Of a DNA stretch of 64,000 nucleotides, positions 39,448-49,300 are shown one piece after another. Origin of the DNA: Polyangiales bacterium (GTDB lineage: Bacteria > Myxococcota_A > Polyangia > Polyangiales > Ga0077539); the NCBI GenBank assembly GCA_044229975.1, contig JBGARZ010000002.1, positions 32,001 through 96,000 on the forward strand. Direction: 5' to 3'. The notes below the pieces were generated by a model that saw only the letters and a list, made by a program, of their open reading frames with translations, had not been told where the DNA came from and did no database searches. The position numbers and the translations under genes were made by a program. How positions within the stretch are numbered: the first letter of the stretch is position 1; each line of letters begins with the position of its first letter.

Positions 39448-39475
39448 ACTTCGCATAATATGTATTCTGTAAACT
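39448..39475 (+). other. dif: dif-like XerC/XerD chromosome dimer resolution site
   Basis: ACTTCGCATAA-TATGTA-TTCTGTAAACT (11-6-11). Compare E. coli GGTGCGCATAA-TGTATA-TTATGTTAAAT and B. subtilis ACTTCCTAGAA-TATATA-TTATGTAAACT. AT-rich island between convergent genes. Confidence 0.9.
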
Positions 39476-39771
39476 AACGAAACGCCGGGTCCGAGAGGGG
39501 GCACCTGGGGATTCGCGGATCCCTCCCTTCCCCAACTCCGGGCCTCCTTCCGCTTTCTGGGCGGCGCAAAGTGTGTGCGGCCCTCTGCGAGACGAGACTC
39601 GTTGTCTAGTCAGTGATTCGGGGACCACCGATGGCTGAGGCACACGCCAGCGTTCGACCGAGGCTGCGCGTCGGCGCCTGGTCCCGGTCCCGGCCTGCAT
39701 AAGGGGCGCAAGGACACGCATCACCCTTTGTCGGGCGACATGCATTGCGAGCGATGTTGCATATGCCGAAG

Positions 39772-39802
39772 GAGTTTACAGAATGATTGGTTCCGTAAAC
39801 TC
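39772..39802. repeat. Inverted repeat of two XerD-type arms with a 7-bp spacer
   Basis: GAGTTTACAGAA-TGATTGG-TTCCGTAAACTC; the left arm contains the exact reverse complement of the dif right arm. Confidence 0.85.
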
Positions 39803-39847
39803 GATCGCCTTGGCGGACGCCCGCGGTTGGTCGAGGCCGACCGATCC

Positions 39848-40927
39848 TCAGTCCGCAGAGCTGCGCGGACGCGAGCGTCGGGTCGACTCGGTCGCGAGCT
39901 GTCCACAGGCAGCCCCGATGTCCTTGCCCCCGCTGTATCGGCGGATGACGGGCACACCGAGGCCCGCGAGGCGGTCGTGGAAGCGATCCAGCTCTTCCGC
40001 CGTCGGGGGTCGATACGGGAGGCCCGCCACGGGGTTCCAGTCGATGAGCGACAGGCGCGCGGGCATTGTCTTGAGCAGGTCGGCAAGCGCGTCGGCTTCG
40101 GCGTCCGTGGTGTTCACCCCGCCCATCAGCGCGTAGGCGAACATCACCAATCGTCCAGACCGCTCATGGAAGCGCTGCGCCGCTTCGACCACCTCACGGA
40201 TCGGGTACTTGCCCTCCATCGGAACCAGGCTCCGCCGCAGGGCGGGTTGGGCGCTCGTGATGCTGATGCCGAGCCTTATGCGTGTTCGCATGGATGCGAG
40301 ACGCTCGATGCCAGGCACGATGCCTACGGTGCATATCGTGATATTCCGCGCGTCTACGGCTAGTCCGCAGGGGTTCGAGAGCACCTCGATCGCTTGCAGC
40401 ACGTTGTCGAGGTTATGCAACGGCTCCCCCATCCCCTGGAAGACGACGCCATGCACCCTCCCCTCGCCTGACGCCCGGAGTTCGGTGGCCACGAGGCGCA
40501 CCTGCTCGACGATCTCCCAGGCTTCGAGGTTCCGGCGCAGGCCCATCTGGGCGGTCGCGCAAAAGCCGCAGCCCATCGCACAGCCGACCTGGGAGCTGAC
40601 GCACACGACGAAGCGGCCGGCCCGTTCGAGAGGGATGCGCACGGTTTCCACGACCGATCCGTCGGGCAGGGTCACCGCGAACTTGATGAAGGGATCTTCC
40701 TGCGACGCTCGGCGCTCGGTGACCTGCACGGTGCCGATGGGGAGCTCGGCCTCGACGAGCTTGCGGGCGCTGGTGCGGAGCTGCGGGACGTCGAGCAGGG
40801 TCGACCCGCCTCGTTGCACCACGTGCGCGATGATGCGCCGCGCTTCGGCGGGACGGAGGGCGTCTTCGCCGAAGCGGGCGATGAGGCGTTCGGGCGTCTC
40901 GCCCTGGAGGCGGTCGGTCGGGTGCAT
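39848..40927 (-). CDS. RlmN/Cfr-family radical SAM RNA methyltransferase
   Basis: CVSSQVGCAMGCGFC, QGMGEP, DIGAACGQL. Confidence 0.88.
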   Translation of the reverse strand: MHPTDRLQGETPERLIARFGEDALRPAEARRIIAHVVQRGGSTLLDVPQLRTSARKLVEAELPIGTVQVTERRASQEDPFIKFAVTLPDGSVVETVRIPLERAGRFVVCVSSQVGCAMGCGFCATAQMGLRRNLEAWEIVEQVRLVATELRASGEGRVHGVVFQGMGEPLHNLDNVLQAIEVLSNPCGLAVDARNITICTVGIVPGIERLASMRTRIRLGISITSAQPALRRSLVPMEGKYPIREVVEAAQRFHERSGRLVMFAYALMGGVNTTDAEADALADLLKTMPARLSLIDWNPVAGLPYRPPTAEELDRFHDRLAGLGVPVIRRYSGGKDIGAACGQLATESTRRSRPRSSAD

Positions 40928-41013
40928 GGGGCTCTAAGGGTTGTGCGGCGTCGAACGGGGCGCGGGGCGGAGTGCTGCCGGGCGCGGGCGCGGATGGTAT
41001 ACGACCGCGAACC

Positions 41014-41826
41014 ATGGAGCCCAAGCTCGACGCCCTCTACGCCTGGATGCGAGACGCCCAATCGGTGCTGGTGTGCTTCTCGGGGGGGGTCGACAGCGCC
41101 TTCGTGTTGAAGGCCGCCCACGTTGCCCTCGGTGATCGCGCCCTCGGCATGACCGCTCTCTCTCCCGCGCTGCCTGTCGCCGAACGGGAGGCTGCGGCGA
41201 AGGTCGCGCAAGAGATCGGTGTGCCCCACGTCGGGGTCGACTCGCACGAGATCGACGACCCCAGCTACGTGAAAAATCCCGTCAATCGCTGCTTCTTCTG
41301 CAAGTCGGAGCTGTACCGCATCGCCCTCGACGAGTCGGTTCGCCGTGGCTTCGCGGTCGTCGTCAACGGCACCAACCTGGATGACCTCGGCGATCACCGC
41401 CCGGGACTCGACGCCGCGCGTGATCAGGGCGTGCGCTCGCCGCTGGTCGAGCTCGGCTTCACCAAGGAGGACATCCGACGGTGCGCTCGCGCCATCGGGC
41501 TCAGCGTCTGGGACAAGCCCGCGGCCGCCTGCCTGGCGTCGCGGATCCCGTACGGCACCTCGGTGACCCACGACCGCCTGCGGCAGATCGATCGCGCAGA
41601 AAACGCCCTGCTCGCACTTGGCTTTCGCCGGGTGCGAGTGCGCTACCACGGCGATGTCGCGCGCGTTGAAGTCGGGCCCAACGAGATGGCGACGGCGTTT
41701 GAGCGACGGGCGGAGATCTCCGCGGCCTGCCACGACGCGGGCTTCACCTTCGCGACGCTCGACCTCGACGGCTATCGCCTGGGTTCCAACAACGAGTCCG
41801 TGCGCTTGAAGGTGCTGCGGTCGTGA
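41014..41826 (+). CDS. larE: LarE-family ATP-dependent sulfur transferase
   Basis: PP-loop FSGGVDS; NRCFFCK; GTNLDDLGDHRPG; ACLASRIPYG; RVRYHG. Confidence 0.9.
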   Translation: MEPKLDALYAWMRDAQSVLVCFSGGVDSAFVLKAAHVALGDRALGMTALSPALPVAEREAAAKVAQEIGVPHVGVDSHEIDDPSYVKNPVNRCFFCKSELYRIALDESVRRGFAVVVNGTNLDDLGDHRPGLDAARDQGVRSPLVELGFTKEDIRRCARAIGLSVWDKPAAACLASRIPYGTSVTHDRLRQIDRAENALLALGFRRVRVRYHGDVARVEVGPNEMATAFERRAEISAACHDAGFTFATLDLDGYRLGSNNESVRLKVLRS

Positions 41827-42440
41827 GTGGGCGGCTGCCCTCGCGCTTGCGGTGGGTGGCTGGCCTCGCGTTGCTGTCGGCCTCTTCGGGCGCACAGGAT
41901 CTCCCGCCGCCGGCCTTTCTGCCGCCGACCACTGGGCAGCGCATCGGCGCCGAGGCCGCGCGCTCGAAGAAGGACGGTGCGACGGACGTCGTTCCGGCGC
42001 TGTGGATCCCCGCGGCGACGCTCGTCAACGTTCACACGCACGAGGCGATCGTGCTCGACCCTGCGCCATCGGAGCGGGAGCGGGAGCGCGTCGAGTGGTT
42101 TCTTCGCGACCGCACCAATTGGGAGCGACACGCGATCTCGACGTTGAGCCTGGAGACGCTCCGCGCGTCGGTGTTGGCGCTCGGCGCCCGCCGCGTGGAG
42201 GTGGTGTCGGGGTATCGCTCCGACAAGCTCAACGAGGGGCTGCGCAAGAAGGGCCGGCACGTCGCGGCGCACAGTCAGCACGTGCTCGGCAACGCCATCG
42301 ACTTCAGGTTGATCGGGGTGCCGACCGCGCAGCTCCACGCGTGGGCGACGCGCTTCCACCAGGGAGGGATCGGGTACTACCAGAGGAGCGGTTTCATTCA
42401 CGTCGACGCGGGTCGTCGCCGACGCTGGAACGAGGACTGA
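41823..42440 (+). CDS. YcbK/DUF882 (peptidase M15-like) exported protein
   Basis: VVSGYRS, SQHVLGNAIDF, GIGYY...FIHVD. Confidence 0.85.
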   Translation: MSGRLPSRLRWVAGLALLSASSGAQDLPPPAFLPPTTGQRIGAEAARSKKDGATDVVPALWIPAATLVNVHTHEAIVLDPAPSERERERVEWFLRDRTNWERHAISTLSLETLRASVLALGARRVEVVSGYRSDKLNEGLRKKGRHVAAHSQHVLGNAIDFRLIGVPTAQLHAWATRFHQGGIGYYQRSGFIHVDAGRRRRWNED

Positions 42441-42441
42441 C

Positions 42442-43341
42442 TCACTCCCAGGGCATCGCCAGACCTGCCCACGGCGTGCGCGCTCGGAGGCCCGCGTGGA
42501 GCCGGCGGGTGATGGGCCCGGGCGCCCCATCGCCCACCTCGTGGTCGTCTACCCAGACCACCGGAATCACCTCGCGGACACTCGATGTCATGAACACCTC
42601 ATCGGCCGTCCAGACGTCGTGCGCGGCGAGGCGGATCGATGATGCGGTGAGGCCCAGGTCGGCCGCGACGGAGAGCACCTCCGCGCGCGTGATGCCCGGG
42701 AGCGGACCGCAGTCGAGCGATGGGGTCAGCAGCGCGCCGCCGGACACGAGGAAGACGTTGGCGGCGGTGGCCTCGATGAGCGCGCCGTCGGTGGAGAACA
42801 AGAGCGCATCGTCGTAGCCCCGCAGGCGCGCCTCGCGCAGCGCGAGAATGTGGAGCTGGTAGTTGGACGACTTCACGCCCGCGAGGGAGAGCACGCCGTC
42901 GCGCGGAGTGGTGCGGTCGACGGTGAGCGCGGTGGCACGCAGGCCCTGCCGATAGAGCGTTGCCGAGGGCGCGATGAGCGGTGTCGCGAGGGTGAGTCGC
43001 GTGGGAACCGACGCGAGCGCCGGATCGATGCCGGGGGCACCGACGCCGCGAGTGAGCGCGAGACGAAGCACCGACGCCGAGCGAGCGGGGCGAGCGGCGA
43101 GCACTTCATGGACCTCGGCGATCCAGCGGGCGTTGGAGATTGGTACGGTGATGCCGACACGGCGGGCGGCGAGCGCGAGGCGGCCGAGGTGTTCTTCGAG
43201 GCGCCACGGCTGCCCGTCGTAGGTACGCAGCACCTCGAAGACCCCGTCCCCATAGAGGAAGCCACGGTCGAAGGGCGAGATACCGCCCTCCACGAGCGGG
43301 CGCCCATCGAGGAGCCCGATCGCGTCGGATGGCGTCGTCAT
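42442..43341 (-). CDS. Class IV PLP aminotransferase (IlvE/Dat/PabC family)
   Basis: DRGFLYGDGVFE, KSSNY, EATAANVF, LPGITR. Confidence 0.92.
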   Translation of the reverse strand: MTTPSDAIGLLDGRPLVEGGISPFDRGFLYGDGVFEVLRTYDGQPWRLEEHLGRLALAARRVGITVPISNARWIAEVHEVLAARPARSASVLRLALTRGVGAPGIDPALASVPTRLTLATPLIAPSATLYRQGLRATALTVDRTTPRDGVLSLAGVKSSNYQLHILALREARLRGYDDALLFSTDGALIEATAANVFLVSGGALLTPSLDCGPLPGITRAEVLSVAADLGLTASSIRLAAHDVWTADEVFMTSSVREVIPVVWVDDHEVGDGAPGPITRRLHAGLRARTPWAGLAMPWE

Positions 43342-43354
43342 GGAGGAGGAAGGC

Positions 43355-46300
43355 TCAGCCGCGGAGCTTCGCGAGGAGCTCGGTGGCGCGGGCGTGCTGG
43401 CGGTCGCTCTCCAGCGCGCGTTCGAGCATCCCAATGGCCTTGGGCTTGTCGTTCTGCAGCGAGAGGGTCTCGCCGAGGTAGGCGTAGACGTCGGCCTTGG
43501 TGAGCCCGACGCCCGGGTCCAGGCGCTGGAGCAGCAGCGCGCGGAAGGTCTTCTGCGCGCGATCGAGGTCGCCGATCTCCAGGCACAGCAGACCGAGGTC
43601 ACGGAGGATCGGCACGCTCGTCAGGTCGACCTTGAAGGCCGCGTCGAAGCTCGCGAGCGCTTCGAGCTTGTTGCCCAGGCGCTGCTGCACCTGGCCGAGG
43701 CGGTGCTGCCACTGGGCGAGTTCCTTGGTCCGACGACCGGCGAAGCTCGCGATGATGCGCTCGATGATGGGCGCCGCGTCCTGCTCGCGACCGTTGGCCG
43801 TGAGCAGGTCGACCAGGGGCAGCAACACCTCACGGTCGTCGGGAACGAGCGCCGTCGCGCGCTCCAGGTAACCGATGGCGCGCGCCGGGTCGGAGAGCTG
43901 GTCACGCGAGAGCGTCGCGAGACTGCGGAGCAGGGTGACCTGCGCCGCCGGGGCGGTGGTGACGGCGAGCTCACGCTCGGTCACGTCCGCGAGCAACGCG
44001 TGGTCGTTGCGAGACTCCGCGAGGGCGCGGAGACGACGGAGGGCGTCGACCGAGGACGGGTCGAGCTCGAGCGCCCGGCGCAGGCTCTGCTCGGCGCCGC
44101 TCGCATCGTTCATGCGGTCGGCCTCGAGCGTCGCGAGGTGCAGCGCCATCGCCGCGGAGGTCGCGCCAGGCTCGGCCACCGCGACTGCGCGTCGCAGCAT
44201 CGAGGCGGCCTTCTCGAAGTCCCCTGATCCTTCGGCGAGCCGGGCTACCGCCGCGAGGGCGCCGGAGTGCTCGGGCTGTCGGTCGAGCACGCGCTCGTAC
44301 AGCTCGATGGCGCGGTCGACGTCGTTGAGCCGCTGCTCGTGGAGCTCGCCGATACGCACCAGGGTAGTGAGCTCGGTGGACGAGTCGCCCATCGAGACGG
44401 CGTGGTCGAGGCGCCGTTCGAGCAGCTCGGAGAGCTCGCTCCAGCGCGAGAGCGAGGCGTAGAGGCGCTCAAGCCCCTCGCCCGCCGCCCCGTGTTCGGG
44501 GACCTCGTCGAGGATCTCCCGCAGGTAGTCCACCGCCGACTGCGCCGAGTGGAGGTGCTGCTCGGCGATGTCCGCGAGGCGCAGGCGCGTAGTGACCCGC
44601 TCGTCGACGGAGACGGCGACGTCGAGGCGACCGCGCAGGGCATCCTCCAGGTCGCGCCAGCGTGAGGCGTGCTCGAACAGACCTTCCAGCGCCACGCGAG
44701 CGGCGAGGTCGGACGGATCGAAGTCGAGCACCTCGCGCCACGCACCGATCGCGCGCTCTTCGTCGGAGAGCTGCGTCGCATAGAGGCCCGCGACCTCGCG
44801 GCGCAGACGCAGCGCCTCGGCCGGGTCATCGGAGAGACGCGCGCGTCGACCCAGCAGGTCGGCGAGATCTTCCCACCGACCCTGTCCCCGACGGAGCCGT
44901 GCGAGCTCGTCGATGGAGGTCGGGTCGGAGTCGTCGACCTCGAGCGCCGCCGTGGCGATCTCCGCGGCGAGGTCGGGGTTGTTGAGCGCGCCTTCGGCGA
45001 GCCGGGTGGCCTCGCGCAGCATCGCCTTGCGGGCGTCGCTGTCGAACTCCACCTCCGCGCGCCGACGCAGCGTCGCGACGAGGTCGGCCTCGCGGCCGGG
45101 CTGACGCTGGAGCCCTTCGAGCATGGTCAGGGCCTCGACGTTTTCGGCGTCGGCGGCGAGCGCATCACGCACCCGCGCCTCGGCCGCGGCGGTGTCACCG
45201 ATGGACTCGGCGTACCACCGCGCGCCGCGCAGGTTGAGGCGCACGGTCTCGTCCGGCAGTAGCGCCCGCTCGGGCGCCACGGCGGACTCGATCACGCCGC
45301 GCAGGGAAGGCCACGCGCTCGCGGCGGGAGCCAGGCGCTCCATCTCCGACAGCAGGCCCTCGTCCCTCGGGTCGAGCGCGAACGCCCGAATCACCGCGTC
45401 CAGCGCGCCCTTGAGGTCGGACATGCGCTCCTCGCGCAGGCGCGCGAGGTCACCCAGGATGCGAACCTGCTCCGAGGCCACCGTGGTCGACTCGACCTTG
45501 AGGCCGAGCAGCCACGCCTGCCGCGTCGTGTCGTCGCTGCGCTGGAACGTGCTCTCCAGCACCTCCATCGCGTCGTCGCGCACGGTCGGCTCGTCGATGA
45601 GCTTCTCCAGCAGCTCGATGGCGCGCGCGTGGGTCGGGTTGCGCTCCACGACGTTCTGGAGCGACGAGACCGCGCCGCGGGCGTCGGAGAAGCGGGTCAT
45701 CCGCAGCTCGGCGAGGCGCACCTCCAGGGCGTCGAGCGCCTCCGGCGAGGCCAGCAGAACCCGGCGTTCGAGCACGTCGCCGAGCTCGATCCACTGGGCG
45801 TTGCGCGAGTAGATCTGGTCGAGTGCTTCGAGCACCGAGTCATCGTCACCGCCGAGCTCAAGTGCCTGGCGGTAGTTGAGCGCCGCGCGGGCGTCGTCCT
45901 CCATGCGCTCGACCGCGACACGCGCCGCACGCACCGAGAGGTCGCGACCCGTGGACGGGTCGGAGCCCTCACGCACCGCACGCTCCAGCGCCGTGACGAG
46001 GTCGGCCCAGCGGTTGAGCGACGCGGCGAGGCGCTCCAGCTCGGGCAGCGTCGACGGGTCGGCGGCGTCCTCCGCGAAGGCACGGAGATAGCTGTCGAAG
46101 GCCGCCGCGGCGTCCTTCCGTCCGTCTTCGTGCACGGCCGCGATGCGACGAAGCTCCGTCGCCCGCTGCGCCATGTCGTCGACTGCGCCCAGCCGGTGCT
46201 CCAACACCTGCACCAGGTCGTCCCAGCGTCCGGCGCTGCGGTACAGCGGTTCGAGCACCTCGACAGCCGCCACCCGCTGGTCGGCAAACTGCGAGATCTC

Positions 46301-49300
46301 CCGCACCGCCGTCAGGGCGTCGGCGTTGGTCGGATCGGCGCCGAGCACCTCGCGGTAGCTCTCCAGCGCGGCCTCGTTGTCGCTGAGCTCCTTCAGCTGG
46401 AGTGCGCCCACGCGCAGGAGGAGGTTGGCGCGGTCGGCCGGGGCCTCCGCCATCGCCACCTGCGTGCGGAGGTTTTCGAGCAGCTCGGGGTGCATCGACT
46501 GCGCGGCGAAGAGTCGCTCCAGCGCGCGGATCGCCTCGGTCTGCCCCGCGCTCTCGTCGAGCGCGCGGCGGTAGGCGTCGATGGCGTGGTGCGGATCGTC
46601 GAGCGAGCGCTCCCACAGCCGGCCGAGCCGCAGGGCGGTCTCGGTTCGGGTGTCGACGTCGGTCTCCACGTCAAGGCGCTGCTGGAGGACCTCGGCGAGG
46701 CCGCGGTGGTCGCCGCGCTGCGTGAGCAGGCCGTCGAGCGCCTCCAGGGAGACGAGGTCGCCCGGGTCGAGTTCGAGCGCCCGCTGGAAGGCGTGAATCG
46801 ACGCCGCCGGGTTGTTGAGCATGTCGCGCTGCGACTCGCCGATGGTGTGCAGCAGGAAGCGCCGGTGCTCGTCGTCGTGCGAGCGGGTCACCTTGCGCTC
46901 CAGCACGTCGATGTGTCCCTCCCAGTCGGAGAGCAGCACGTGCAGGCCCTCCAACTGGTCGAGCACGTCGATCAGCGTCTCGTCGACGACGAAGAGGCGC
47001 TCATAGGCCGAGATCGCCGCGCGCGGATCACCGCGCCGCTGGTCGTGCGTGGCCGCGATGGCGCGCAGCAGCTCGGTCTTGAGCACGATGTCGTCGCTGG
47101 CCGCGAGGGCCGCTTCGTAGCTGCGCACCAGCTCGTCCCAGAAGCCGTGCTCCCCGGCGAGGCGCTCCACGGATTCGCGGGCCTCGCCGTCGCCGGGGTC
47201 GCCCCCGAAGGCCGCGCTGAAGGCCTCGAAGGCCAGCTTCGGATCACGCGCGCGGGTCTCGCGGATGCGGCCGATCTCCTTGAAGATCTGCGCCCGATCG
47301 GTGGGGTCGGTGGTCGCCGCGAGGCGCGCTTCGAGCACGCCTACGAGCCGCGCCCAGTCGTCGAGCTCGCGGTACACGGGCTCGAGGATCTCCACGATGC
47401 CGATGCGCAGCTCCGGCTTCGCCTCGGCGAGCTGCTCCAGCGACTGGATGGCCACGCGGTGATCGCGGCGGTCTTCCAGGATCTCCCGGAAGGCCTCGAC
47501 CGCGCCCGGAGCGTCGTCGAGCCGGTCGGCGCGCAGGCGCCCCAGACGGAACCGCAGCGCCGAGCGCTCATCGGTGTCGACCGCGTCGCCGATGCGCCGC
47601 TCCAACAGGTCGGCGAGGTCACGCCATGCTTCGGTCTTCACCAGCAGGGCGTCGAGTCGCGCGATGGCGGCCTCGTCCATCGGGTCGACGTCGAGCACGG
47701 CGCGGTAGTCCGCGATGGCGCGCTCGGGGTGGTTGAGCGGACCCTCGTCGATGGCCGCGATGCGGTGGAGGAACTGCTTCCGCTCCACCGGATCGGCCGC
47801 GCGCTCGGCCGCGTCGCGGTACAGGTCGAGCAGCTCGGCGTGGGCGTTTTCGCGCGTGAGGAGCGCCTCCAGCGCGTCGAAGGCCTCGCGGCGGCTGCCG
47901 TCGAAGGAGAGCGTGCGGCGGTAGTACCGGCGCGCGCGGGCGGTGTCGTGGACGCGCTCGTCGAAGAGCCGCGCGGCGACCAGCGAGAGGTCGGCCGAGC
48001 TGTCGTCGTCGACGGTGATGCCCTCCAGCGTGGCGGCGTAGACCTCCGCGAGCTTCGGGTGCGCCTCCGTCGCGCGGGCGAGCCGGTCGAGGGTCGACCA
48101 CGTCGCGCGGTCGGTCGGGTCTTCACGGAAGATGCGCGCGTAGGAGTCGAGGGCGCGACCGGGGTCGCCGATGTTGTCCTCGAACAGCGTCGCGAGCCGG
48201 GTGAGCAGCTCGATGCGGGCGGGTGGATCGTCCTCCGCCGCGATGCGCGACTCCAGCGCGCCGATGAGCTTCGGCATGTCCTGCCGGGCCCGGTAGATGG
48301 GCTCCAGCATCGTCGCGACGCGCGCGGCGAGCTCGGGCCGACGACCGAGCTCTTCGAGCGCCGACACGGTGGCCTCGTGGTCGGTCGAGTCGTCAAGCAC
48401 CGCGCGGAAGTGCTCAAACGCGCGCTCGGTGTCGTCGAGGTGATCCATCGCCACCCGGCCGAGCCGGTGGTGCAGGTCGGCGACGTTGGCGCCGTCGCGG
48501 GTGAGCTGCGAGTCCAGCAGGTTGGCGAGGTCGTCCCAGCGCGAGGCCCGCGCGTAGAGCCGCTCCAGCGCCGCGGCGCTCTCGGCGTCGAAGCCCGAAC
48601 CGAGGATCGCCTCGTACGCCTCCATCGCCCCGTCGCGGTCGTCGCGCTTCTCCTCCTGGATGCGCGCGACCTTGTGCAGGAGCGTCCGGCGAGCCTCGTC
48701 GGTCTCGGCGAGCTCCACCTTGCGGCGCAGCACCGCGAGCAGCTCGGGCCACGCCTGCGTCGACTCGTGGAGCGACTCCAACGCGTCGAGGGCCGGCGCG
48801 AAATCGCTCTGGTTCTCCAGGGCCTTCTCGAAGTGCTCGCGCGCCGTCGCGGCGTCGTCGAGCTTCGACAGCGCCGTCCCCGCCACGTGCATGTACACGT
48901 CACGCTGCAGTTCCCCGTCGAGCAGCTTGGGCGCCACCTCGCGGAACACCGCGATCATCTCCTTGTGCCGTCCCGACTGGCTCGCGAGCGACTCCACGTG
49001 GGTCACGCGCTGCGCCGCATCGGCGTCCTCCGCGGCGAGGGACAGCGCCCGCGAGGCACGCTCGAACGCGCGCCCCGGGTCCGACAGCCCCATCTCCGCC
49101 ACGTCTGCCGCCTTCGACAGCGCCTGCAATCGCTCGTCACGGTCGTCGCTCTCGGCCGCGATGCGGTCGAGCACATCGACCAGCTTCGACCAGTCACCAT
49201 CGGCTCGGAGCACCGGCTCCAGCGCCCGGGCCGCCGCGATCGGAACCTCCGGCAGATCCGACCGCAGCATCTCGGTGAGCGCCGCGCGCGCCGCCGGTGT

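Noticed and set aside
39440..39482. AT-rich patch as oriC or a promoter
   Set aside because: No DnaA-box cluster seen; fully explained by the dif consensus
39227..39847. ORFs called across the dif gap
   Set aside because: Atypical codon usage, no motifs, and they overlap the dif region; the gap is most likely non-coding
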